From the NCBI GenBank assembly GCA_045646345.1, contig JAZRKN010000011.1:32001-96000 (forward strand): a stretch of 64,000 nt of DNA, written 5' to 3'. Below, piece after piece: positions 52,907 through 62,240 of the stretch. Source of the DNA: Candidatus Scatovivens sp. Its GTDB lineage: Bacteria > Bacillota > Clostridia > TANB77 > CAG-508. Position 1 is the stretch's first letter; every line of letters begins with the position of its first letter. The translations under genes were made by a program, and so were the position numbers. The notes below the pieces were generated by a model, which was given only the letters and a program-made list of their open reading frames with translations, searched no databases and was not told where the DNA came from.

Positions 52907-53356
52907 ATGAAAGTTATTTTAAAACAAGACATAAAAGGAGTAGGAAAAAAAGATCAAGTAATAAACGCAGCAGATGGATATGCAAGAAATTTCTTATTAC
53001 CAAAAGGATTAGCTGTTCCAGCAGATAGTGGAAATATGAATAATCTAAAAGCAAAAAATGAATCGGTAGCTTATAGAAAAGGCGAAGATTTAAAAGAAGC
53101 TAAAGAAATAGCAGAAAAAATGAAAAAAATAACTGTAAAAATAGAAGTTAAGGCAGGAGAAAATGGAAAACTATTTGGAGGAGTAACTTCTAAAGAAATT
53201 GCAGAAGCCCTAAAAAAAGATTTTAATATTGATGTTGATAAGAAAAAAGTGCTTTTATCAGAAACTATTAAAGTTGCTGGATGCACAAAAGTAGATATAA
53301 GATTAAACGAAGGAGTTATGGCATCAGTACAAGTTATGGTTGTACCAAAACAATAA
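52907..53356 (+). CDS. rplI: 50S ribosomal protein L9
   Basis: MKVILKQDIKGVGKK...DGYARNFLLPKGLA; GKLFGGVT. Confidence 0.98.
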   Translation: MKVILKQDIKGVGKKDQVINAADGYARNFLLPKGLAVPADSGNMNNLKAKNESVAYRKGEDLKEAKEIAEKMKKITVKIEVKAGENGKLFGGVTSKEIAEALKKDFNIDVDKKKVLLSETIKVAGCTKVDIRLNEGVMASVQVMVVPKQ

Positions 53357-53377
53357 TGTTTAAAAGAGGGATGTAAG

Positions 53378-54718
53378 ATGGAACTAGGAAAAGTACCGCC
53401 ACATGACATAGAAGCAGAACAAGCTGTTTTGGGTTCTATGTTAACTGACAAAGAAGCAGTTTTTAGTGCGTTAGAGCTTTTAAAGGAAGATGCTTTTTAC
53501 AGAGAAGATAATAGAGCAATATTTGCAGCAATAGTTAGTTTATATGCCAAGAGTGAACCAATAGATATTATAACTGTAAAAGCAGAATTAACTGAATCTG
53601 GGAATTTTGAAAGAATAGGAGGTCTTGAATATTTAGCAAGCCTTCCAGAAAGAGTTCCTACAACTGCCAATGTAGATAAATACATTAAAATAGTTGAAGA
53701 AAAAGCTTTAATGAGAAATTTAATATTAACAGCGAACGACTTGATATCTTTAGGTTATGATGAAACTGAAGATGTTGAGAGAGTTATGGATATGGCTGAG
53801 AAGAAAGTGTTTGAATTAACTCAAAAGAAAAACACAAAAGGTTATACAGCTATTAAAGATGTTTTAGTTGAAACTTTTGCAAAACTTGAAGAATTATGCA
53901 ATCAAAAAGGAAAACTAAGTGGAACATCAACTGGGTTTGCAGATTTAGATTTGAAAACTTCAGGACTTCATGATTCAGATTTATTAATAGTAGCAGCAAG
54001 ACCTGCGATGGGTAAATCAGCATTTGCAATTAATATAGCAACAAACGTAGCTCTTCAAAGTGGAAAAGGTGTTGCGATATTTAACCTAGAGATGTCTAAA
54101 GACCAAGTTGGTAACAGAATTTTGTGCAGTGAGGCTTTAATTGATAGTAATAAAGTAAGATCTGGACAATTAGATGATGATGACTGGGTAAAACTTGCTT
54201 CTACATTAGGAAGACTTTCTGAAGCACCTATTTACATAGATGATACTGCTGGTATTTCAATCATGGAAATTCGTGCTAAGTGTAGAAAATTAAAAATAGA
54301 GAAAGATATTGGTTTAGTCGTAATAGACTACTTACAACTTATTCAAGGTAGTGGTGGAAAAAATTCTAGCCGTGAGCAAGAAATTGCTGAGATCAGTAGA
54401 TCTTTAAAGATTCTTGCAAAAGAGCTTAATATTCCTGTAATTGCGCTTTCACAATTGTCTCGTAGTGTTGAAAAAAGAGATGATAAAAGACCAATGCTAT
54501 CAGACTTAAGAGAGTCTGGTTCTATAGAGCAAGATGCCGACATTGTAATTTTCCTTTATAGAGACGATTATTATAATGAAGATAGTGAAAAGAAAAATGT
54601 TGCCGAGGTTATTTTGGCTAAACATAGAGGAGGTTCAACAGGTACTGTAGATTTAGCTTGGCTTCCAAGTTATACAAAATTTGCGAATTTAGAAAGAAGA
54701 TACTTTGAAGAATCTTAA
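53378..54718 (+). CDS. dnaB: Replicative DNA helicase
   Basis: PPHDIEAEQAVLG; AARPAMGKS Walker A; IDYLQL; LSQLSR; SDLRESGSIEQDAD. Confidence 0.98.
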   Translation: MELGKVPPHDIEAEQAVLGSMLTDKEAVFSALELLKEDAFYREDNRAIFAAIVSLYAKSEPIDIITVKAELTESGNFERIGGLEYLASLPERVPTTANVDKYIKIVEEKALMRNLILTANDLISLGYDETEDVERVMDMAEKKVFELTQKKNTKGYTAIKDVLVETFAKLEELCNQKGKLSGTSTGFADLDLKTSGLHDSDLLIVAARPAMGKSAFAINIATNVALQSGKGVAIFNLEMSKDQVGNRILCSEALIDSNKVRSGQLDDDDWVKLASTLGRLSEAPIYIDDTAGISIMEIRAKCRKLKIEKDIGLVVIDYLQLIQGSGGKNSSREQEIAEISRSLKILAKELNIPVIALSQLSRSVEKRDDKRPMLSDLRESGSIEQDADIVIFLYRDDYYNEDSEKKNVAEVILAKHRGGSTGTVDLAWLPSYTKFANLERRYFEES

Positions 54719-54736
54719 AATTAAAATGAAATTGGG

Positions 54737-54793
54737 GCGCTAGTAAAAAATGAATCTTTAAAATCTTAGAGATTTTACTAGCGTCTTTTATTT
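54737..54793 (+). terminator. Hairpin / probable terminator
   Basis: ggcgctagtaaaa...ttttactagcgtc followed by T-rich tract. Confidence 0.6.
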
Positions 54794-54840
54794 AATAAAG
54801 AATATGATTTTATATTTAAAAAATATAAAAGGAGAGATAT

Positions 54841-55863
54841 ATGCTAAAAGAAAAAGTGGTAGAAACAATTAAGAAACATAATTTAATAAATAATGGGGAT
54901 AGAGTTGTTTGCGGAGTTTCTGGGGGACCAGATTCTATTTCAATGCTTAATATTTTAAAAAAATTAAAAGATGAAAATATATTTGATTTTGAAATTTTTG
55001 TAGCACATATAAACCATGGGCTTAGAGAGAATGCGAAAATTGATGAGCAATATGTTTTAGATTATTGCAATAAAAATGGAATAGAATGTTTTACATTAAA
55101 TACAAATATTAAAGATATTGCAGAAAAAGAAAAAAGAGGCTTAGAGGAAACTGGAAGAATTGTAAGATATGAATTCTTTGATAGAGTTTTGAAACAAACA
55201 AACTCTAATAAGATTGCTATTGCTCATAATAAAAATGATAATGTAGAAACAATATTTATGAACATTATTAGAGGTTCTGGACTTTCTGGATTAAAAGGAA
55301 TTGAAGCAAAATCTGGTAAATACATTAGACCTTTAATTGAATCTGAAAGGGAAGAGATTGAACGTTATTGTGAAGAAGAAAAATTAAATCCAAGACATGA
55401 TGAATCTAATGATGAGAATATTTATACAAGAAATAAAATCAGAAACGTTGCTATTCCCTATGTGAAAGAAGAATTAAATCCTAATATTTTAGAAACAGTA
55501 ACAAGACTATCAGATATTGCAAAAGATGATCTAGAGTACTTAGAAATTCAAACAGAAAAAGCATATCAAGATATGTGGATTGAAGAAAAAAATATCACAG
55601 AAAATGTATATAATGTGGAAAAAGAGGCTACAATTATATTAGATTTGAGGAAATTTAATTCTCAAAATAAAGCAATTCAAAAAAGAGTAATATTATATTC
55701 TATTAATAAGATTTTTGGTAGTACAAAAGGAATCGAAAAAATACATATTGAGGATATAATAAAACTTTGTAACAATAATATAGGCAATAAATTTTTAACT
55801 CCAAACAAGAAAACTAAAATTGTAATCAAAAATAAAAAAATATATATAATTGGTCTAAAATAA
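54841..55863 (+). CDS. tilS: tRNA(Ile)-lysidine synthetase, short form
   Basis: GVSGGPDS PP-loop; HINHGLR; AHNKNDNVET; IRPL; DESN...YTRNKIR. Confidence 0.95.
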   Translation: MLKEKVVETIKKHNLINNGDRVVCGVSGGPDSISMLNILKKLKDENIFDFEIFVAHINHGLRENAKIDEQYVLDYCNKNGIECFTLNTNIKDIAEKEKRGLEETGRIVRYEFFDRVLKQTNSNKIAIAHNKNDNVETIFMNIIRGSGLSGLKGIEAKSGKYIRPLIESEREEIERYCEEEKLNPRHDESNDENIYTRNKIRNVAIPYVKEELNPNILETVTRLSDIAKDDLEYLEIQTEKAYQDMWIEEKNITENVYNVEKEATIILDLRKFNSQNKAIQKRVILYSINKIFGSTKGIEKIHIEDIIKLCNNNIGNKFLTPNKKTKIVIKNKKIYIIGLK

Positions 55864-56017
55864 GTTTCCGTAAAGGCCTTGAAAAGCTAATTGTTACAGA
55901 CATATTTCTTTTAAAAAAAGCTATTGCAATTGAAAAATTGCTATGCTATATTTTATGCAAGAAAGAGTAATTTGTTTAGAAAAGACGATTTTCTAAATAT
56001 ATAGGAGGAAAAAAGTT

Positions 56018-57853
56018 TTGAAAAATGGAATTAAAACATTAGCGACATGGCTTGTACTAGGATTAATTTTTCTTGCCTTGTTAAGCGCTGTTGTAAATAA
56101 CTCAGATTATAAGATGAGTTATTCAGATTTATTAAACAAAATATCTACAGGAGAGGTTACTGAGGTTGTTATATCATCAGACTCAAAAACTGCAAGAGCA
56201 TTATTAAAAAGCTCAGAAACAGGTAACGATAAATCAGAAGCAAAAATAGCAACTGAAAAAGAAGTTATTATTCCAAGTTTAGATGCATTTATGGAACAAA
56301 TTTCTGATAATATCGTTAGTGGACAATTAGTATTAACTCAAGAAGAAGAGTCAATTGTTATGGCAATTCTTGGAGCATTTTCTCCATTTATAATATTAAT
56401 AGTATTCTTACTATTCTGGTTATTACTTATGAATCCAAATCAAAATGGAAACAAATCTATGAGTTTTGGAAAAAGTAAAGCTAGAATGTTAAATACAAAT
56501 GATCCAAAAACAAAAGTAACTTTTAAAGATGTTGCTGGTATAGATGAAGAGAAAGAAGAGTTATCTGAAATAGTAGATTTCTTAAAATCACCACCCACAT
56601 TTACAGATATGGGAGCAAGAATACCAAAAGGTGTTTTATTAGTAGGTCATCCAGGTACAGGTAAAACATTACTTGCTAAAGCAGTAGCTGGAGAAGCGGG
56701 AGTACCATTCTTTATTATAAGTGGTTCTGATTTCGTAGAAATGTTTGTTGGTGTTGGTGCTTCAAGAGTAAGAGACTTATTTGAACAAGCAAAAAAGAAT
56801 GCTCCATGTATCATATTTATAGATGAAATTGATGCAGTAGGACGTCAAAGAGGTGCAGGTCTTGGTGGAGGACATGACGAAAGAGAACAAACATTAAACC
56901 AATTACTTGTTGAAATGGACGGATTTGCTGCTAACGAAGGTGTAATTGTATTAGCTGCAACAAACAGACCAGACGTATTAGATAAAGCTTTATTAAGAGC
57001 AGGAAGATTTGATAGACAAATAGTTGTTGGAACACCAGATGTTAAAGCAAGAGAAGAAATATTAAAAGTACATGCAAGAAAGAAAAAATTAGGTGATGAT
57101 GTAGATTTAGGAACAATTGCTAAAAATACAGCAGGTTTTGTTGGTGCTGATTTAGAAAATGTTTTAAATGAAGCTGCATTATTAGCTGCAAGAAGAGATA
57201 AAACAGAAATAGGAATGGCTGAAATCGAAGATGCTATGGTTAAAGTAACAATGGGACCAGAGAAAAAATCAAGAGTAATAAGTGATAAAGAAAAAAGACT
57301 TGTTGCATTCCATGAAGCTGGTCACGCAGTTGCAAGTAGATTCTTAGAAACACAAGACGATGTACATCAAATTTCTATTATCCCAAGAGGAATGGCTGGT
57401 GGATATACAATGTATAGACCATCAGAAGATAGATCATTTATGAGCAAATCAGAAATGGAAGAACAAATTATATCATTATTAGGTGGTAGAGTTGCTGAAG
57501 CTTTAGTTTTAGGTGATATTTCTACAGGAGCAAGTAATGATATTGAAAGAGCATCAAAAATTGCTAGAGCAATGGTTACTAAATACGGTATGAGTGAGAA
57601 ATTAGGAGCTATTACATTTGGATCAGGACAAGAAGAAGTATTCTTAGGAAGAGATTTCACAACTCAAAAGAACTTTAGTGAAGAAACATCAGGATTAATA
57701 GATGCTGAAGTTAAGAGAATTATTGATACAGCTTATAGAAGAACAGAAGACATTTTAAATGAACATATGGATAAATTACAAGCAGTTGCAAATGTCTTAT
57801 TGGAAAAAGAAAAGATAGATGGAGAAGAATTTGCAGAAATAATGAATTCTTAA
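56018..57853 (+). CDS. ftsH: ATP-dependent zinc metalloprotease FtsH
   Basis: TTG start with RBS aggagg; two TMs; GHPGTGKT; [10 protein letters not shown]; HEAGH. Confidence 0.98.
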   Translation: MKNGIKTLATWLVLGLIFLALLSAVVNNSDYKMSYSDLLNKISTGEVTEVVISSDSKTARALLKSSETGNDKSEAKIATEKEVIIPSLDAFMEQISDNIVSGQLVLTQEEESIVMAILGAFSPFIILIVFLLFWLLLMNPNQNGNKSMSFGKSKARMLNTNDPKTKVTFKDVAGIDEEKEELSEIVDFLKSPPTFTDMGARIPKGVLLVGHPGTGKTLLAKAVAGEAGVPFFIISGSDFVEMFVGVGASRVRDLFEQAKKNAPCIIFIDEIDAVGRQRGAGLGGGHDEREQTLNQLLVEMDGFAANEGVIVLAATNRPDVLDKALLRAGRFDRQIVVGTPDVKAREEILKVHARKKKLGDDVDLGTIAKNTAGFVGADLENVLNEAALLAARRDKTEIGMAEIEDAMVKVTMGPEKKSRVISDKEKRLVAFHEAGHAVASRFLETQDDVHQISIIPRGMAGGYTMYRPSEDRSFMSKSEMEEQIISLLGGRVAEALVLGDISTGASNDIERASKIARAMVTKYGMSEKLGAITFGSGQEEVFLGRDFTTQKNFSEETSGLIDAEVKRIIDTAYRRTEDILNEHMDKLQAVANVLLEKEKIDGEEFAEIMNS

Positions 57854-57883
57854 AATTACTTCTATATATCTAATTAAATACTA

Positions 57884-57921
57884 AAAAAAAGAAACATCTC
57901 TAAAACAGGGATGTTTCTTTT
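57884..57921. terminator. Bidirectional terminator (ftsH and the original tRNA-Lys 3' end)
   Basis: aaaaaagaaacatctct-aaaac-agggatgtttcttttt. Confidence 0.85.
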
Positions 57922-57969
57922 TGGTGCGCCATAGAGGATTTGAACCTCCGACCATTTGATTAAGAGTCA
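57922..57969 (-). repeat. att site: displaced 48-bp 3' part of tRNA-Lys
   Basis: 47/48 identical to 63812-63859 (T at 57939 vs C at 63829); ends just past the anticodon loop. Confidence 0.95.
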
Positions 57970-58079
57970 TAAAAAGGGGATTTTTTAAAATGTTTTATTA
58001 TATCTCAAAATGTTGTAAATACTCTGTTTGATAGATTTATTTTACTTTAAAATATTTTATAAAATTATATAATATTTCC

Positions 58080-58102
58080 ACTTTCGCCACTTTTTCGCCA
58101 CT
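58080..58102 (+). repeat. Putative integrase arm-type site (left)
   Basis: actttcgccactttttcgccact, identical to 63741-63763. Confidence 0.75.
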
Positions 58103-58155
58103 CGATAATACTATAAAAATGATAATTTGTTATACGACATTGATAGAGGAGTAAT

Positions 58156-58232
58156 AAAAAAAGTTACTAGGTCAAGGCTCCAATTGCCAAGGACTAGTAA
58201 CTCTGTAGATACAGTCGACAATGTATCTACAA
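58156..58232 (-). ncRNA. Putative ~76-nt two-hairpin sRNA
   Basis: Minus-strand promoter TTGAAT (58267-62) / TGtTATAAT (58246-38); perfect 10-bp stem 58204-58231; terminator stem agttactag/ctagtaact with T7. Confidence 0.6.
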
Positions 58233-58873
58233 GAAATATTATAACATATAATTATAATAAAATTCAATATATAAGTTTTATACCTACACTATAAAAAAAG
58301 AAGTTATCTTTGTTGAGAATGATATTAAATTAATATCGTTAAAATATCGTTCAAAAAAATTAAAAGACCTAGATATTTTTTTGAAAGTAGAATGATATAT
58401 ATTAATAGAATTGATTTATATTTGTTATATACCCCTAGGTATCTTGGATATATATAAACAATGAGAATCGGTGGAGAGGGATTCAAAAAACACACAGGTT
58501 ATTATATAACCCCCGTGTGATATGTCGTAAAAAGTCGAATAAAAAACAATACTCCGAAACTATAAAAAGAATTTAACTCGAGAGAAACACGAGAAAATGT
58601 GAATAAAAAAGAATTGCAAGAAAGTTGCGTGAGAAATGCAACGAAATGCAATTCAAAAAAATATATTTTAAACAACGAGTAAAGAAAATCGCGCAAAAAA
58701 AGACACAAAAAAGAATATTCCGACACTATAAAAAGAAAATGACAAAAATTGACATATAAAAAAAGAGGAAATCTATTCCTCTTCATTTTGTTTATATTAA
58801 TAACTTGATTACTTCTTTATAAAAAAATCTAGATTTGTTGATTTTAGATAGTTTTAGAAGTAAATAATTGATT

Positions 58874-59131
58874 TTATTTAATACTTCCAATAAGTAATGG
58901 TCTAGATAAAATAGAAGTTAATTTTTTCTTTTCATTAAATGGTATTTCCCAAGTTCCACCACTTATCATATTTTTAATAAAATATTTCTTGTTTGGCTCA
59001 CCTAATTTTGAAAGTAATTTATTATAAGTGTTTTTTCTACAAGTATATATTATTAATTTACTTTCAGAATAAGAGATATTTATATTTGTTTCTTGTTCTT
59101 CATATAATGTATCATATATTTTTTCTTTCAT
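58874..59131 (-). CDS. Small hypothetical protein of the element
   Basis: RBS gagg; 85-aa ORF in line with the leftward operon (EEQETNINI...IIYT). Confidence 0.7.
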   Translation of the reverse strand: MKEKIYDTLYEEQETNINISYSESKLIIYTCRKNTYNKLLSKLGEPNKKYFIKNMISGGTWEIPFNEKKKLTSILSRPLLIGSIK

Positions 59132-59187
59132 AATTTCCTCGATTCATAATTAAAATTATTTTGGCTATTAAATTTCTTTATATAACG

Positions 59188-59351
59188 TGTAAAGAATCTT
59201 TATAGTATAAATCAATAAATGTGTTTTTACTTATAAAGAAACTTTACAGTGTATTTTTTATAATTAAACTCATTTTTGTTCAAATATAAAGGATTATTCA
59301 ATTATTACATATTTTTTATATATTATTTAGACTGTAAAGAAATTTTACAGA
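59188..59351. repeat. Three imperfect palindromic 19-mers, putative origin iterons
   Basis: tgtaaagaatctttatagt (59188), tataaagaaactttacagt (59232), tgtaaagaaattttacaga (59333). Confidence 0.6.
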
Positions 59352-59383
59352 TATAATATATATTACCATACCTAGTTGGATTT

Positions 59384-59731
59384 TTATTCGCACCATTTAG
59401 AGAGGAATTTATATTTATTTTCAGTACGAGTGAAACGACCGTTTTCAATTACTTCAATAAAACCTTTTTTAGATAATTCTTTAATAGCTTTTTGAAATGT
59501 TGGTGTTGTTGTGAATGATTTATATATTCTAAAAGGGAATGTTGTTGTTATACTTCCATTTGAATAATCTAACATATAGATATATACAACTTTGGCTATT
59601 GAACTTAAGTCTAAAAAGTTCTTATGTGTTAATTGAGAATGATAGATTTGAACTAACTTTGTATTATTAGTTGGTGTATCTACTTTGCGGTCATATTTCC
59701 AAATAGGTTTTTGATATTTTTTTCTAGACAT
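59384..59731 (-). CDS. Winged-HTH protein, putative replication initiator
   Basis: RBS aggtggtg; FLDLSSIAKVVYIYM...TFQKAIKELSKKGFIEV...NKY, the pattern of HTH_36-like phage/plasmid initiators. Confidence 0.6.
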   Translation of the reverse strand: MSRKKYQKPIWKYDRKVDTPTNNTKLVQIYHSQLTHKNFLDLSSIAKVVYIYMLDYSNGSITTTFPFRIYKSFTTTPTFQKAIKELSKKGFIEVIENGRFTRTENKYKFLSKWCE

Positions 59732-59748
59732 AAAATACACCACCTATC

Positions 59749-59777
59749 TTGCAAAAATAATAATATTGTAGTAAAAT
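59749..59777 (+). promoter_or_regulatory. Counter-transcript promoter
   Basis: TTGCAA-17bp-TAAAAT pointing against the leftward operon. Confidence 0.65.
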
Positions 59778-59782
59778 AAATT

Positions 59783-59857
59783 CATATTCTTACTGAAGAG
59801 GCGATATGTAATATTTTCTTACACTCATTACATATTCTTACCTCTTCTCTTTTTTTA
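59783..59857 (+). ncRNA. Putative antisense RNA targeting the int, ant and rep translation starts
   Basis: Own promoter; stem gaagagg..atatgtaat / attacatat..cctcttc with T tract; 59817-59850 is the reverse complement of 62558-62591 at 33/34 nt. Confidence 0.7.
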
Positions 59858-59870
59858 TTTACTAACATTT

Positions 59871-60065
59871 CTAAATCCTTTCAGCTTGAATTATTAAATT
59901 GTTTGATGATTGAGAATACACCCAATTATCAATTAGTTCTTTGTTAAAAAATAATCGATTCCCGATTCTAAAATGGGGAAGTTGTTTCATTCTTACTAAT
60001 TTTCTTATACTTGAAATACTACAATGTAAATATTCAGATAATTCTTTAACATTAAATATTTGCAT
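59871..60065 (-). CDS. Excisionase-like HTH_17 protein
   Basis: FNVKELSEYLHCSISSIRKLVRMKQLPHFRIGNRLFF...IDNW. Confidence 0.85.
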   Translation of the reverse strand: MQIFNVKELSEYLHCSISSIRKLVRMKQLPHFRIGNRLFFNKELIDNWVYSQSSNNLIIQAERI

Positions 60066-60444
60066 TTATAACACCCTCTTCAATTAATTTTTTCTTAAAG
60101 TATTCATAACCTTTTAAAGTGATTTTTGTTTGTATTAATTCTCTGTTGTCATCTTTTGCATAATCAACTTTTAAATAAAAGAGTCCAATTCCTTTATTAG
60201 TAGAATATTGAGGGTGACAACGAATCTTTTTAACTGTTTTGGTTAAGTATATATAATTGTTTTCTAATAGATAAGTTTTAAAGTCTTGAAGTTTTATTCC
60301 TAATAAATTCGCACAGTCTCTAAAACTCATTGAAGTTCTTTCAAGTGATTCAATATCATTAAAATTTTTTTCTTTTGTATTTTTCTCCAGTAAATTATTA
60401 GCGATTACTAACGCTCTTGATAAAATTTCTTTTTCATTTTCCAT
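60052..60444 (-). CDS. Phage antirepressor KilA-C domain protein
   Basis: ILSRALVIAN...MSFRDCANLLG...YLLENNYI...GLFYLK...QTKITLKGYEYF. Confidence 0.8.
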   Translation of the reverse strand: MENEKEILSRALVIANNLLEKNTKEKNFNDIESLERTSMSFRDCANLLGIKLQDFKTYLLENNYIYLTKTVKKIRCHPQYSTNKGIGLFYLKVDYAKDDNRELIQTKITLKGYEYFKKKLIEEGVINANI

Positions 60445-60458
60445 ATTCTTACCTCTTC

Positions 60459-60635
60459 TTAATTTGATTTTTTTGATAATTCTGAAATTATTTTTAAGAC
60501 TTTTTCTTTTTCTTCTTCTGATAGTTTTTTTCTTAACTTCCTAGAGAAAGAAGTATCGGTTATACCAAGTTTTTCAGCTACTTGATATTTTTTTACGTGA
60601 TTACTTATACACGCGATTGTAATTTCATCATTCAT
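60459..60635 (-). CDS. Cro-like HTH protein, 58 aa (not in the ORF track)
   Basis: RBS gaggtg; MNDEITIACISNHVKKYQVAEKLGITDTSFSRKLRKKLSEEEKEKVLKIISELSKKSN*. Confidence 0.8.
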   Translation of the reverse strand: MNDEITIACISNHVKKYQVAEKLGITDTSFSRKLRKKLSEEEKEKVLKIISELSKKSN

Positions 60636-60684
60636 AGTATTTCACCTCATTTCATAGATTATAAAACTAAATACAGATAAGTTA

Positions 60685-60713
60685 TTGACATATTACTGTA
60701 TTTAATTTATAAT
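60685..60713 (+). promoter_or_regulatory. Rightward promoter of the element
   Basis: TTGACA-17bp-TATAAT, overlapped by inverted repeat taaatacag...ctgtattta. Confidence 0.75.
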
Positions 60714-60714
60714 G

Positions 60715-60743
60715 ATTATACTATGATAACAACAATTAATCAA
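60715..60743 (-). promoter_or_regulatory. Leftward promoter of the element
   Basis: TTGATT-17bp-TATAAT on the minus strand. Confidence 0.7.
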
Positions 60744-60820
60744 CAGAGAAGAACAATAAAATTATGACAAAAATACAATGAAAATAATAAACTTTATTGT
60801 ATTTAGAAAAGGTAATGAAT

Positions 60821-62221
60821 ATGTTTATAAATGAAAATAAGCCATATCTTTTTATATCAAATAATTTAGAAGTGTTTAATAATGATATGTTTGATATAAA
60901 ACAACAAATTGAATTGGTTGGAATTAATAAGAATAAAACTAAAGAATTAGGAACAATATGCGTTAAATTTTTAAATTTCTATGATGAACTAATTTTTATT
61001 TTAAATAGATGTGTTGAACTAACAGAAAAACCTTTTATAAGAATAGAAATGTTTTTACAGAAAAAAATAAATCTAGATAATAAGGAACTTATAGAACTTC
61101 TTTATAGAGAATTACATCAATATCATTCAAGAATATTAAATGAAATAATAAAATCTTCTGATGATTTAAAAATGTATGAAAAATGGTTAGTAGAATTAAA
61201 AAATGCATTAATTAATGATGAGTGTTACGAAACATATTACAATGAACAAATCAACGAAATACAACAATCTTTATTAAACAATAAAAAAATATATGAATCT
61301 GAAAAAATGGAAGAAGAGATAGATAAAGAATATTTAGAAGAATTAGAAAAACAGATAAAAGATGAAGAAAATTATTTAGAAGACTTTAAAAAAGTAAAAG
61401 AAGATAACAAAACAAGTAAAGATAGTATAAAAAATGAAATTAAAGATATAGAAAATAATATAGTAGAAGAAAAGAAAAAAATTAAAAAAACTGAAGAGGC
61501 TGATTTATTATTGAAAAAATATATTGAAAAAATGATAAATGATATTACAAATTATAAAAACTTTTTTGACTCTTCTTGTGGTTTTATGGATAAAAAAAAT
61601 TATAATGAAATTGATATAGATTATTTTGTGAAAATGTTTTCGAGTAAATTGATATTACCACAGACATATATTTATAAAGTATACGAAGAATATAATTTTA
61701 TTACACCAATTGATAGATTTATCTTTAATACAATTAAAAATAAATCAAAAAAAGATTTAAAAAGAAATACTCTAGAAGACTTGAAAAAAACACCAATAAC
61801 ATTAGCAAGAATTTTTGAAATAAATTCAGTGAAAGAAATTTTAGACATTTCTTTGAGTTTATTTGTTGAAAATAAATTTACTATAAAAAAATGCAAAAAT
61901 TGTGGGAAATATTTTATTCCTCATAATAAACAGGTATATTGTGATAATCAAAGTCCACAAAATCCAAATAAAACGTGTAAAAATCTTACAGATGATTTGA
62001 GAGATAACAAGAATCCAATATATGAAGTATATAGAAATAACTATAAAACTCAAAGCAATAAAAAAAGAAGAAATAAACATATTAAAACAATAGAAAACAA
62101 ATTCAATGAGTGGAATAAACGTGCAAGAGAAGAAATGGAAAAGTGTATATTAGGTGAAATGACTTTAGATGAATATAAACAATGGCATAAGAATAATCAA
62201 GACTGGATTAAAAAATTTTAA
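60821..62221 (+). CDS. DUF6076-like protein: coiled-coil middle and C-terminal Cys4 zinc finger
   Basis: RBS aaggt before ATG 60821; IKKCKNCGKYFIP...YCD..SPQNPNKTCK. Confidence 0.65.
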   Translation: MFINENKPYLFISNNLEVFNNDMFDIKQQIELVGINKNKTKELGTICVKFLNFYDELIFILNRCVELTEKPFIRIEMFLQKKINLDNKELIELLYRELHQYHSRILNEIIKSSDDLKMYEKWLVELKNALINDECYETYYNEQINEIQQSLLNNKKIYESEKMEEEIDKEYLEELEKQIKDEENYLEDFKKVKEDNKTSKDSIKNEIKDIENNIVEEKKKIKKTEEADLLLKKYIEKMINDITNYKNFFDSSCGFMDKKNYNEIDIDYFVKMFSSKLILPQTYIYKVYEEYNFITPIDRFIFNTIKNKSKKDLKRNTLEDLKKTPITLARIFEINSVKEILDISLSLFVENKFTIKKCKNCGKYFIPHNKQVYCDNQSPQNPNKTCKNLTDDLRDNKNPIYEVYRNNYKTQSNKKRRNKHIKTIENKFNEWNKRAREEMEKCILGEMTLDEYKQWHKNNQDWIKKF

Positions 62222-62240
62222 TATGAAAGGTGGTGAAAAT

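Noticed and set aside
54841-55863. Short TilS as a pseudogene
   Set aside because: Catalytic motifs intact, no downstream remnant, and short TilS forms lacking the distal C-terminal domain are known
416-57660. Many short ORFs in the track overlapping long genes (e.g. 416-601, 4199-4648, 17102-17293, 31220-34540 series, 53071-53451)
   Set aside because: Shadow frames of well-supported genes; low-complexity translations without RBS
57922-57969. Second tRNA-Lys gene
   Set aside because: Only the 3' 48 nt; lacks D arm and 5' acceptor strand, so it is the att duplication
58502-58786. 94-aa minus-strand ORF in the element
   Set aside because: Phe/Leu-rich product of A-tract repeats, no RBS; region better explained as a cis site
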